Source of the DNA: Blasia pusilla
Lineage: Eukaryota
DNA: 64,000 bases
Assembly (NCBI GenBank): GCA_050084515.1
Contig: CM114271.1
Coordinates: 37,696,001 to 37,760,000, forward strand
Direction: 5' to 3'
The translations under genes were made by a program, and so were the position numbers. Positions 25,455 through 38,074 of this stretch are shown here, one piece after another. Position 1 is the stretch's first letter. The number at the start of each line of letters is the position of its first letter. The notes under the pieces are model-generated. The model did no database searches. It had not been told where the DNA came from and was given only the letters and a program-made list of their open reading frames with translations.

Positions 25455-28400
25455 CTAGTTAGCATGCGTGTGCTACGCACAAAAATATGAATTTTTTAAA
25501 GAACTATTAGAAAAAAAATCATTAAAATGTTGCTTTATTCAAAGAATTTCTATATATACAACATTACGTGTATAGAAAAAAAAATTTCTATGATTTGAAT
25601 CAAAGGACTCCATGATAGAAACATGACTTCTTGTGCCTGCTCTTGATAAAGCAACATATTATTGTCCATGAGAGAATATATATGATGGTAAGTAGATTCT
25701 GAAATTTTGTAAAGTTTGACCTTGAGACTTGTTAATAGTCATAGCAAAAGATGGACGGATAGGAAATTGATATCCGTGAAGATCAAATGGAAAGCAAAGT
25801 TTGACACAATCAAAAGAATGCATGGGATGAAAAACTCAATCTCCAATTTTTCTCTGCGTAATAATCTCTACATCTATGACATGTGGCATGAAGGCATGAC
25901 TTACCAATCATGTCCCATTTTCTTCTCCTTTTGCTTTTGCCTTCGGATCTACCGTCTCTGGCGGTAGATCCGAAGGCAAGCACATATTGAGAAACTCTGT
26001 GGGAAAACTATGAGATAAACCCTCATCAGAAATAGAATCCACACTAAGATAAAAATATCCTCCTATACATGCCAAACGATTGTACATAAGTTTATTTTCA
26101 TAAGGTCCATATCATTTTCATGAAGAATTGAAAGTTCAATGATCTCTATTTCTCAATGTTGAAATAGTTGTATCCCTCAAGAAGTTTACGTCGTGAAATC
26201 ATTCCAAATAAGTCCCATAGATTGTATTAATGAGATTGTTGATATTGTTAGTTTTGGATACCATATCATCAAGAAATTGAATCATATCTTCTCCCAAATC
26301 TTCATGTAAAGGAAGACGATCCTCTTCGACCTCCAAGAATCATTTTGCAAAATTTTCTCGATTTGCGGTGAAGGATCTCCGACATTAAATTATATTTCTA
26401 TTTATAAATGTGCAACTTTTGAAATAACCAATGAATATAGATGGAGTATGATCATGGTAAATATATATGATAACTTTCAAATTACAAACTTTTATATTTG
26501 TTGTAAGTTTCATCGTCCTTAGATGAGACCATAAAAAACTCTCGTAAATGAGGCTTGCAAAATTTTTGGACGATCAACACGACGGACAACGGAAACTACT
26601 TGACAAAAATCTCCACCAAAAAAACCTAGATTTCCACCAAATGGAACCTCTCTTAAGTCATTAGATACCAATCCTATAATATCTTGCAATAGACTATTGG
26701 CAGCCCCAAATACATGACAATGAGTCATAGGTGCTTCTTCCAATATGAACAGCTTAGCATTTTGGATGATACTTGCCTCGATCATTACTTTTAACTCGCA
26801 TCCTGCAAGATGTAAGGAATGAATTGTTATCTTGGAAGAAATTGAGAAAATTAATAAAACTAATTTATTGCAATGGGAAATAGACTTTGGTTTTTACTTG
26901 TAGATAGAACTTTAATTCACAGTAATCGCAATCTTGAATTGAGAATGTACAATACAATCTCCTTCCAACAATAAAGCAGCTACCCAAATTAGGCAAGAGC
27001 CAATACAATACCTCCTTTCAATGTACAATTTTTAGAAGGAGATTGTGTCAAATTTTTTTTCCTTGTTCTATGTAGACTATCGATAAAAAATAATTTTTTC
27101 CTACAAAGACATGATAATGTATGATATTAGTTCTCATATTAATAGTTTACATGAAGAACATGGTAGAAGTTATGAGTGATGAAAGCTTTCATATCCTTAC
27201 GGAAGGATGAACATTTTGACTCAACTTTTGTAGTTGTTCATTCACAACATTGGCACGTTGGCTTAGATTCAATAATGCCACTCCATTGATAGCTTCTTGA
27301 TGTAATTATTTTGTATAACGTACAATCTCATCTTCCTCAAGATATGAAGTTGAAGTGTTTTCTTCTCGGAAGATGGTTTGGTGCATGTTAAAGACGTTTG
27401 ACGATGTCTTCCCTTGATTCTCCAAATGGTAGTGAACATCCAACAATGCATGATTTATGATCTCTGCATTCAGAGGAAGATCTAGAATTCTTGTTCTCTA
27501 TGCACAAAAAATATGCAAATAGTTACCACGTAAGAAGTCCAAAAAATTTGGAAATGTCATGAAAAAATAAACGTTACTTTGGCAAGAAGGAATATATGTA
27601 GGTTTTACCTAACATTTTCCATGTAAGAGATCCTTAGTAAGATGAATTTGAAATTCAATCCACAAGGCAGCCTCCCTAGCTGCCGTGTTATAAGCCAAAA
27701 TAATGGCAAAGAGTTCACAAAGTGTTCAACCTCCACAATTTTTTTAAGCTTCTTGCAAGCAAAGTATAACCTCCCAATGATCCTCTAAGAGTCCTCATTG
27801 GATATATATCAGCCTCTTTGAAGGTTGGATACAATACTCCATACACCATCCTTAAAATCTTCATATGTAGTTGCGCCTCAAATATAATAAAGAAGTAGTC
27901 GCAACCAATGACGTTCATCATCGCCTAAGCAAAAAATATTTTATGATAAGATATTACAAAAGCAATACTTAAGGATACAAAGTGTGGAATATGAGTCTAT
28001 GAACTCTCAAATGGAAAGGAAAAAGTGGTTCACTTAAGATGTGCGATTTTTGGGAGATGTGTACCTAGATGAGTGAGATACAACCGTCCGATAGGGAAAA
28101 CCACAACCATGTGCTCCTTGCATACGACGAAACAATATTTTTTTTTCTATAAGTGTAACGTGAAGGAAACTCAACATACACTAAATTTTGGGCAAAAGAA
28201 TCTAAATGGTTGGTTGCAAACCATGTTGTTAAAATTGTATCCCTATTTCTTTGTAAAATATTTTTGGTTAGTTTATTATCATTAAAATGAAGAAGTTGTT
28301 CATTCGGGAGATGAACAACCAATCTCACAATACTTGGTTGCTCTGAATGCAAGTTGAACTTGAAAATTTTCCAACATGCTTTTGAGGCGGGAATATACCT

Positions 28401-31400
28401 ATGCAAGAAGAAAAAATAAAATTTGCCAATGGTCTGAAAAATAATTCATCAACATAAAGACAATTGTCATGTGGGCATAGATGGATTGTCATCTAGCATC
28501 TTGATATTGTGTGGTCTCATCAATAATGTTTGGCATTGTTTTAGAAGTAGTTTAGCTCTTGGACATCCCAAATGTCAATGCATCTAATCCCTTGTATACA
28601 TATTTCTATAAGTATTTTACGATAGATATATTATTTATAATCTCTAAAGTAATATGACAACTGAATAGAGTGCACAACATAGGATTATTTGGCAAAACCC
28701 TACGATTATCCAAAGATTGATTACTCTTCATGACCTTCATACCATTACCTATTGTGGAGATCACCATGAAAAAGTTGGATACAATTGTACTTGATAAAGT
28801 ACAATATAAAGTGTGTGTATGTGTATATATATATAAAATGAGATTGCTCCATATCTTCTATGCATGGGATACCCGTCTTCAATCTTTGTACAGTGAGATG
28901 AAAAGAGTTTGGAATGTCCTTTACTACATTTTTTGGTCTCCATGTCCATACATGGTGCATTTGGATTTAGCACCCGACATGGACCGTACATCATAAAATT
29001 GGATACAATAGCAAAAATTTGTTGATGAGTAGTAGCATTCAGAATTTTTGCATATACGATTTCATCAAAATCTGAGTTTGTTCTAGGCTTATTATCTTGA
29101 GCCAAAACTATTAAAATATGAGCACGTGGAAAACCCCTCTTTTGAAAACTCCACCACGTGAATGCCTCCAACAAATTTATCCAAAATATGTTTCTTCACA
29201 ATTAGTCGCAATAACTCATTCTTTTTTCTCTTAAAAACCCTTACGACCAAGTCTAGACAATCGATACTTGTTTGACCCGGTAGTCCATGATGAAGACTAT
29301 CAACCCATGAGGATATAGAAGACTAAAAAAATCGATATTTATTTGACTTGATGTAGTCCATAATGAAGACTATCAACCCATGAGGATATAGAAGACTAAA
29401 AAAATTACTCCCTTGTAGTTTGCAAGATTTTGTCTTCAGACACCTATTAGAGTGGATGACGAAAACCATTACTTTGTTTTGGAAGACTTACCAAAGAGTA
29501 TGTGGTAGATGTTTATGCAACCATAGAAATGCAACGATTATGTTGGGTTTGTTTGAATCAAAAGGAATTGAGATCAAAATTATACAGAGGTGTTTGGAGC
29601 ATGCCTATCTTCTTGGATATTTGCCTCTAATTCCCTCAGTGAACACTAGTTCAATAAATCTATCCAGTTCCCATAAGGAATTCTTGGATGCCAACCTACT
29701 TCACCATAGATAAATAACAAAATAAAGTGCAAGGGAATATATGCCTCATTTTAGTTTGATATGCGAAAAACTCCTTTCCCATGTAATTGAAGAATAATAT
29801 CACGGGCTTGCACAATCTCACTCCCATCACTTGGCAAAATAGCAACAACTTCTGAAGAAACTGACAAGCTATATCGTTTAGCTTTAAGGCCCCTCTTACT
29901 TGGCCTCATAATGATTCGTATGTTTGGGCAAGGTGTATCTACTGCAAATGAAATAAGAATTACATTTTTGTAATGTGTCTTTTAAACCTTCTAAGATGTT
30001 AGGCCAAAGCGCATCACCAAGGTTACACACAGATATGCCCATGTCCACGGACTTATGTCTGTACGGGCCCGAGTATCCGCGGCCTGCACGTGAGCCCACA
30101 TGAAGCCCGCTACCTAGAGCCGGGATGATGGAGTCCGCACCTGTAGTGTGGCCCGCAGGCGCGGGATGGAGGCGGGCACGCGCGGGCGGCGGGCTCCGAG
30201 GCAGGCTCAGGGGCAGGCTCGGATGTCCGAGGACATATCCGTCCCATAGACAAACTTGTCCCTTTCCGTGCAAACTTGCGTATCAGACATGGTTCTTTCT
30301 CAATTCTCAATTTTATGATTTATATCATGAATGTATGATTGTGCAAATTGAGGATGTTGTCCCACATTTGGATGAAGTGAACCAATAGAATGACAAATTA
30401 ATTTTACCTTGAATAATGCAGTGTTTTATGCCACCCAATTGCTCTTTGACTTGAGGTCTAGGTGATGCCAATTGAAAGGCGGAATTATATGCCTCAGCGT
30501 TGCTTATAGAATTCGGAATATTCGCCCCAACGCCTGATATCAATGTTGCCAAGAATGAAGGTAATGGCTTTAAGAAGGGTAGTTTGCATTACATATCTCT
30601 GTCGTAGAACCTAAAGTATGCCAACCGATTGATACACACATACTCCCTTTCAAGTGTACTTTTTTAACATTGCTCTCCGCAAAGTTTCGAGTTTGTGCAA
30701 TATTCAATAAGGTATTGACTTTTATTGCAATAGTCCTTTGTGTCATAGGTCCATTCGCCATATTTGAGTCACATTATAATGGATTCTAATCTCTAAAAAA
30801 ATTGCACAAAGATTCACGTTAGTAAATAACTTCACAAAGTTGTGGATCGAGGAAGGAAGAGAAGAAGATGAAAAAAAGAAATAAAATAACACTACACACG
30901 GAAGGTTACCAATGTTAGAGATATCATAATGGGCAAGGTACTTGCTTCTTCAACATTGCATTGTTCTTAAATACTTGTTTGCATCCCATATTGGAGGTTG
31001 ATAACGGGGACATTCAGAAGAAGGACCGCAATGTTTAAGGATAGGCATTATATATATGTTCTTCAGTAGGAGCCCTACATTTGTAACAAGCTCAACGTGA
31101 GAAAAAAACATTTGCAAACTCATAGTTTGCAATAGACTTAGGAAACTAAATCCACGCAACCAAAAACCCACTTTTCTTGAAAAAAAGTACCTTCCATCCT
31201 CTTCAAGAGGTTCAATCATTCTTTGGGGACGAGCTATGTTTATATCATTAGGAACTGCATTTTCTAGAAACATAGTTTCTTGAATATCTTATTGGGGAAT
31301 CAATCTCAAAGTATAGTATTATTTTAGAGATGTTTAATCTGTTTGCGCCTTTGGGCTTCCGCACGTAAAACCTTCCAAACATCATGTATATCCTTAGGGT

Positions 31401-34400
31401 TTGAAACAATTGGAAGTCTAGGAAGACTGAAAAATGAGGAAATTAACATGGGTATGTTGAACAACATTAACCATGTCGAAAAGAACATGACCAATTGAAA
31501 TGAAATGAAAGTATATAGGGGATAGGGAAAGTTGCAAACTTTGGAGACATGGGAATGGCCGATGCAACATCAATTTCAACATAGTTGGGACCATGGGTAC
31601 TTGCTTGTGAAATCTGCTTGGTATCGTACATTTATAAGAATTGTGAAATGGGTATGCTAACTAAAATTTTTACGTGAAATATTATATGGAAGAAAAATGA
31701 AATGAAAAATGAAATTGGAAAATAGGCATGCTAACTTAGATTGTTACGTGCAACTTTATACGAAAAAAATGAAATTAAATATTTTCATATCTAGATACAA
31801 AAAAGAAATGCCTCACTTAAGTAAACACACGTACTCTCCGCTTGGATTGCAATCATTGGAGGTTCCTTACATGAAATTATCATTGTTTCAGGATGAAGTC
31901 CGCCCATATCTTTTGGAATTCCATTCCCGAATATCCTATTTACTTATGCTTCTTTCGAGGGAATGATATTAGAAGATTGATTTCAAACTTAAATACTCTC
32001 CTTTTCCTCTTATATTGACGATTGTATTCTTGACTCTTCTCTTGTTCAAGTCGATTAATGTGTTTTTGCCTTTGACCTATGACACACATATTCTTGCAAA
32101 AATCACGTAAATTTGTAGGGTTTGAGAGAATCAGAGGTCTGTAATATGAATTTAAAGAAAATATTAGACAAATCCTAGGAGATGGGTCAACCATCCAAAT
32201 ACATTTTCTAAATAATTTTGAAATGAAATGAGGATGCGTCTAGAAGACGACATATGTTAGAGATCCTTGGATAGTCGAAGTAGTTTTTCCTTCACGAAAG
32301 TGTATCTTCCTTTAGGGTTGAATCGGTTGTTCTCCTTCTTCCTCTCGGTGACACAAAGATGTAGGGTTTTCAAATTGATCGCAATGTTCAATTGGAATGT
32401 TGGTGATGTCTTGAAGATGTCTTGGTCTTTTTGTTAGTCTTGATGATCCAACAACATCACCCATCTTCAAATCTATGGAAACATAAAATAAGCATGAAGT
32501 GAAATTTAATTGCAAATAATGCATAGTAAAATAATCACATTATAAGAAAATGCGTGTACTTGACGGAATAAATTAGAGAGTTGGAAAAAAATGAAAAGAA
32601 AAAAGGAAATTCATTTTTTGCATGGAAATTAAAATGCTTTTCACAAAAAAATGTATTGTATAACTAAAAAAATTAGGCTACAAAAAAAGAAATATTTTAG
32701 AATAATAATAAGAGATTTAATTCATGTGATGCGCGAGAGAAAATAGGGCTCTTGCTCTCCGATTAAGCTATCGGATAAGGCCAATGACCAATCGTCGACG
32801 CGTAGGCCCCAATTGATTCAAGTATTGGCCAAATTGGCTCTAACCTATGTTTATCTAAGGCTTGGTTACCTCGATCATGGTCATTGGTCACCCTTGTTAG
32901 AATGGAGTTAGTGAGATCAGAAGGGCCACAATCGGGCTAATCTTAGTTGTTAGTTGTAGGGTTGGGTAAAGCGATGGTGACAATTGTGGCCGCTGCTTGT
33001 GAGGGTATTTCGAGCTAGGTTAGGTGGAGTTAGCCGTTGAAGGTGAAGTCATGCCGTTTTGGGAGCTCGATGGGGTCACAAGTTGGGCAAGCTAGTATGG
33101 TGTGGGGATGCAAACTTGCACAGAGAGAGAGCTAACGACTAAGCTCCCAATTGAGGGCGTTTGTGAGGTGGAGGTTGATGGGATGGTGGAGATGCTCAAG
33201 CATGCACTGGCCACCGGAAATTTCTGATTTTCTTTGAAGCTTGCTCGTGTGGCTAGAGATTTTTGTCTTGAAGCTTTCTTTAGAAATTTTGGTTTGAGTT
33301 TGCTATTTAGGTTTGATTTTGGAGCTCACAGTCTGGAACTAGGATTGCAATGCATATTTTTGTATGTGAAGCTCAAGTTCTACCTTGTAGCAATCGAGAA
33401 GCTTTTGTACTCATTTTTGGGTTGTGATCGTATATCTTGATGGCAAGTATGGCATTGTGCACTAGAGTTTGATGGTGTGTAGATTGATTCTCGATTGTCT
33501 TCAGAGCTCGTGGTTGGGACACAAATCGCATCTAGTCACTCCTTGCTTGTTCACGTGCATATAAGCTATGGCAGACTTGGCAGTGGTTGGCTTTGGTCTC
33601 TCGCTTTCAAGTGTTTCTAGACCAGGTATTTGTGGCTTGCTATAGAGTCTCGCCATGCATTAATGCTCGAGGTGAATGCGTGTTCGTTGTTGTAGAGCAG
33701 AGTACAAGTTTGCAAGCACGGGGACTTGGTGCTACTCCCAACGTGAGCACTTGCATTTGCAAGCTGGGCAGCTACAGCCTAGGGTTTGTGGGTTTGGGAG
33801 TGTGTTTGCTTTCATAGCAAACACTCTGGGTCTTGTGCTACGCTGCAGTCTTTGCAACTTAAGAACTTGGCAGTAATTGGGGTGGGTCCTCTACTTTGCA
33901 ACTTCCCGGAGTTTAAAGTGTTTGGGGTGGGTTGCTCGCTAACAATGTGCGTTGTACGGTTTAGGTCATCATACAAAAATCTACCATTCTTGTCTCTTCG
34001 CTCTCTCTTGCTCTCTTTTGGGGCTAACCCTTTGCATTAGACAAACCCTACGATATCTTTTTGCGGGTTGTGCCACATTTCCATTAGTCTAGGTTTGCTT
34101 CGAGGGTTATTGTGCTACTCAGGCTATTGTATTTAGTCACAACAATAAGCCACATTCAATTCAGAGGTAGTATGTATTCATCAGACTTCTTTTATTACAT
34201 ACTTGTAATACAAACGTACCAATCCATCACATTGATCAAATAGGATAGAATGTTGGAAAGCCTCTTGCCTCAACCTATTTCGACCAGGAGTAACTGTAAC
34301 TTTTGACACATAGTATTCCATGGATGTATTTGCGGGAACCACTTTAGGAATGTACTCAAGAATGTTATCTTTGTTGTTATTGCATTCTTGACAATCATGG

Positions 34401-35409
34401 AAGACGTAGTGGGCAAGAGGATTTCCCCAGCTCTTAACTGATGTGGTTGTGGTTGCAGGAATATAATAGGACCTTGGAGTGGCATGAATGGACTCCCAAA
34501 GAATCCTCTAAAGCACTTCCCATAGTGCTCATTAGGTGAAAATGAGCATAGGTTATATGACTATCGAGTTCTCTTTGGAGCTACATCATTAGGATCCGAG
34601 GATAAGACGATAATGGACTATGGATGTTGTGTCTTCATTTCGGAGTAGTAGTCTAACTTGTAGATATATAGGTCAAAAATCTTGCAACATCCAATGTTCT
34701 GCTTGCAGATTTCACCTGCTTATGAAATGAAACATCAAACATTAAACATGCATGATTTCAAGTTGCTTGTGTTTCATATGAATGAGCAAAGCATCTCTTA
34801 TGCAATCTTCACGAGTAAAGAAAGTGACTCACAATAACTCTAGCATCTGAATGCTTAATGTGAATCCTGATCCTGAAAGTTGAAATGTTGAATGCTAAAG
34901 CTCAAATCTGAATTCCAAGAAGTGCAAGGCTTCAAGACTCTTGTAGGTGACAATATGCAAGCGTGGAGGTTGTATATACTCAAGTTCAGTTTTTAATAAG
35001 CTCACGGCAAGTTCCAAAGCACCCATGCCCATTATACCCCCACACCCCCACACCTCCACTCAGATTCCCTCTCATTGGGTTGTAATGAAAATTGGAGTGA
35101 AGGAGTGGTGGTGCTTGTTAATACACAACCCAATCCTTCTTGAAATAATAGCTCAATGTAACAACCCACTCTCGCTATTAAAACCTCCACTTTTGAAAAA
35201 AAATTTGAAAGAAAAGATAAATCTAAAATCTTCAATCAATACTCCACTTCTCCTCCCAAGGATTTAAACGTAATCACTACCACCCTTAGCATAAAAAAAA
35301 TTGACCCTTATTATATTCAAGCGACAAAATAATACATGTTGCTATTTTGTCTCATTTTGTTTGCTATGTTTTCTTATTGGGGTTGTGGGGTTTCTCATAA
35401 TAGTATAGA
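25455..35409 (-). mobile_element. Decayed autonomous-type Helitron (Rep + PIF1 helicase) with nested insertions
   Basis: Minus-strand fragments: YNSAFQLAS (~30470); Rep HUH-type motif FQKRGFPRAHILI (~29110-29150); RYIPASKACWKIFKFNLH...PSIVRLVVHLPNEQ (28065-28406); decayed Walker A FFIDSLHRTRK (~27055-27090); PIF1 motifs ILEEAPM...PFGG...GGDFCQV (26519-26785). Termini: A|TCTATACTATT at 35409 and GTGCGTAGCACACGCATGCTAACTAG|T at 25455. The coding remnant is solid; pairing it with the 35409 5' end is an inference. Confidence 0.85.
30018..30278. mobile_element. hAT-type MITE, copy 4, nested in the Helitron
   Basis: Ends CAAGGTTACACACAGA / TTTCCGTGCAAACTTG. Flanks CGCATCAC vs CGTATCAG, 6/8. Very GC-rich island in AT-rich Helitron DNA. 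Confidence 0.85.
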
Positions 35410-36633
35410 TTTAAGAGTGAAATATTATATATTAATATATTCTAATAATAAAAATATGATAAAGTTTATTTGCTACGAGTGGACTTTGAAAATTGGAAAC
35501 AATATCTCTCAAAATTAAACTACATGGCAGTTTAAATTTTTGTAATTTTTTGGTGCTTGAGGAGAGTATTACAAGGTGAGTTTTCTTGATGATTTCATTA
35601 GTCCTATAAGAATATCAAAGCCTTTGATTGGTACTCTTTGGCTCTACCTATAATTAAGGTTTAGTAGTATCGATGTATATTTTGATGGATAATTTATCAC
35701 ATTGATCATAAGACAAAGGACATCTAATGGGCATTGGTCATTAAAGTATCGATATGAGGGAATGGACTAATTATACTAGAAAAGGGCATATAGGATATAC
35801 TCACCAGATTGCAACTTTACTATCACAAGAATTCTTGATTTCTACTTCTAAATCTTGAAATTTTCACATATGGTATGTCTCTTTCAAAATTTTATAGAAG
35901 GATTTGACAAAATATTTAGACATGTGAAAAAAGTTACAAATAAGAAGATTGAATCTAATACCATCAAAAGTTTAAATCTAGCTATTCCATGCTGGAAAGA
36001 GGTGCACGTTGTTAGCAATGTTGAGATTGGAATCAAGAGGTAATATAATGTGTACTAATCATTTACAAAACCTATGTGTACACACAAGTTTCCCTAAAGA
36101 ATTGTGATGGTCATAGGGTCCTTAAAGCATTATGTACTCCATCATAGGGCCATAGGATGCTTAGGCATGGATGAAGGCTGATAAAGCACTAGAACGGAAA
36201 TGTCTCTTGGTGTGAAATATCAAGGTTGAGTTTAGACTATAAACATCCCAATCCTCATCAACATGTAGTAGTAGTGAGTGACACTATAAGTATCATTGTT
36301 GTAGGATCTTTTATTTGAGAGCAAAAATAGCTAGTAGACGCATTTGCTCATTAGGGCTATTCCATTGTGGCCTCATAGGGAAAATTATGAAAAACTAAGT
36401 TTAATTGTGAAAGACTCTTAGTATGGATTTTAGAAAATTAAATTAATTAAATTAAATCATAAATTTAGAAAGAAGATGAAATCTTATTCATGAGGATTCA
36501 TACAATTCTTGTTTAATTGAAAAATATATGAGATTATGGAGCAGCCCTAACAAGGCTATTGTATAGTTACAATGGCCCCTTAGTACTTTTAACATTCTAC
36601 CAAATAAAATGCGAGAATCTCCCCACTACCTAA

Positions 36634-37363
36634 TCTATATTATTATGGGAGAGTGCCTTCTTGATTTGCAAACATGTGTATGTTTGACACATGGCAATTG
36701 GGCAACAAGAAAATGTTTCACATCCTATGGGCAACAAGAAAATGAATTTGTGTGCTACATCATTAATTTCTTCCCTTCACGGGCTAAACACTAGCTCTTC
36801 AAACACTTTACTAGTTTTTTTAATAGTCAAGCTTGAGTTCCATACTCATAAACGAGTCTCAAAGCATTTACTGTGGAAAGTTCTACGAGTGTTTGAAGTT
36901 GTCCTATTATTAATTTTATCGTGAGGGTCCTTGTGACTCCTCATTGCCTATATTCAGAAAATCATATGTCTCCTTATAATACAAAATAAAATGAGATTGA
37001 GGGAATGGAATAGCACATCAAGAAGATATAAGGATTTTAAATGAAAATTTTAAGTTTCACTATCATAAATAGAACAAGAAGTGTATATTATAATTTGAGG
37101 AGGGAGTATTACTTTATTTAGTAGCTCCCTTCTCGAATAAGTGAAGCCCTCTTTTAAAAGGAGGTCTCCTTCAAAATAGCAGGAACACTAGAAAATAGTG
37201 GATGAAATTGATATCCAAAACTTTGATAAATAAATCCAATCATGATGCAGCTAGCCAATATTTTTTTTATATATCAAATTTGCTAAATAACCTTTCCCAT
37301 AGTATATTTGCCAATTCAACGATAGTGCAAAGTTCATTCGTGCATCGCACGGGCACCAGGTAG
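36634..37363 (+). mobile_element. Non-autonomous Helitron-like element
   Basis: A|TCTATATTATTATG 5' end. Internal CACGGGCTAAACACTAG end signal at 36794. CGTGCATCGCACGGGCACCAGGTAG|T hairpin end at 37363. Confidence 0.55.
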
Positions 37364-38019
37364 TAAATAGAACAATAAGAGAGTTCCAAAGTTGGGGTCA
37401 CATGTGGAGATTACAGATAAACAAAAATATAAAAATAAAAATGGATGGGAGAAGTAGAATGAAAAAAGTATTTGGAGAAAGAAAAGTAAACCGCTAACTT
37501 TGCAAGCACGGGTGAAACAAAATGAAAAGGGGTGCAATATACGCCTTCCACCAAATTAGTTCTCTTTGAGCGGGTTTTTTTTTTTTATTCCGGATGGATT
37601 TTCCATCGGCCGACTAATGGACACTCTCGCTTCCTTCCTTCTGTGGCACATAGACATCATCATTCCAATCTGATGATGTCTATGTGTGTGCGTCCATTCG
37701 GTCTATTTGGAATTTTGGACGGCTCCGCAGCTTTAGGATTCGGAAGATGCCGATCACATCTGAAGATTGTGTGTCTGACTGACATGGGGCTTATCACGAG
37801 CAAAAATGTTGATGATCTGACAGTCATCACATTACGCGGTTTGAAGTGGGTTGCAGCATAAAGCATCGGAAATCAACGTCCACGAGGAAACGAAAATGAA
37901 CAGTCGTCCGATCTTTTCACCGCTCGACGAGTAGAGCTCCACCTGCTCCCACCTCCCGCTGATGAAGCTCCAGCGCGAGTGGCCCAGCAGATTTCGCATC
38001 TCGCATCTCGTGCACTTTC

Positions 38020-38074
38020 TCAGTTGGACGTGCGAGATGACCCGGAATCCGGATCATCGCGCATGTCCAACTGA
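38020..38074. ncRNA. Candidate pre-miRNA-like hairpin (unassigned)
   Basis: 26-position stem TCAGTTGGACGTGCGAGATGACCCGG / CCGGATCATCGCGCATGTCCAACTGA with loop AAT, two mismatches and one G-U pair on +. It lies in non-coding genic-like DNA. No known miRNA family was recognised. Confidence 0.45.
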
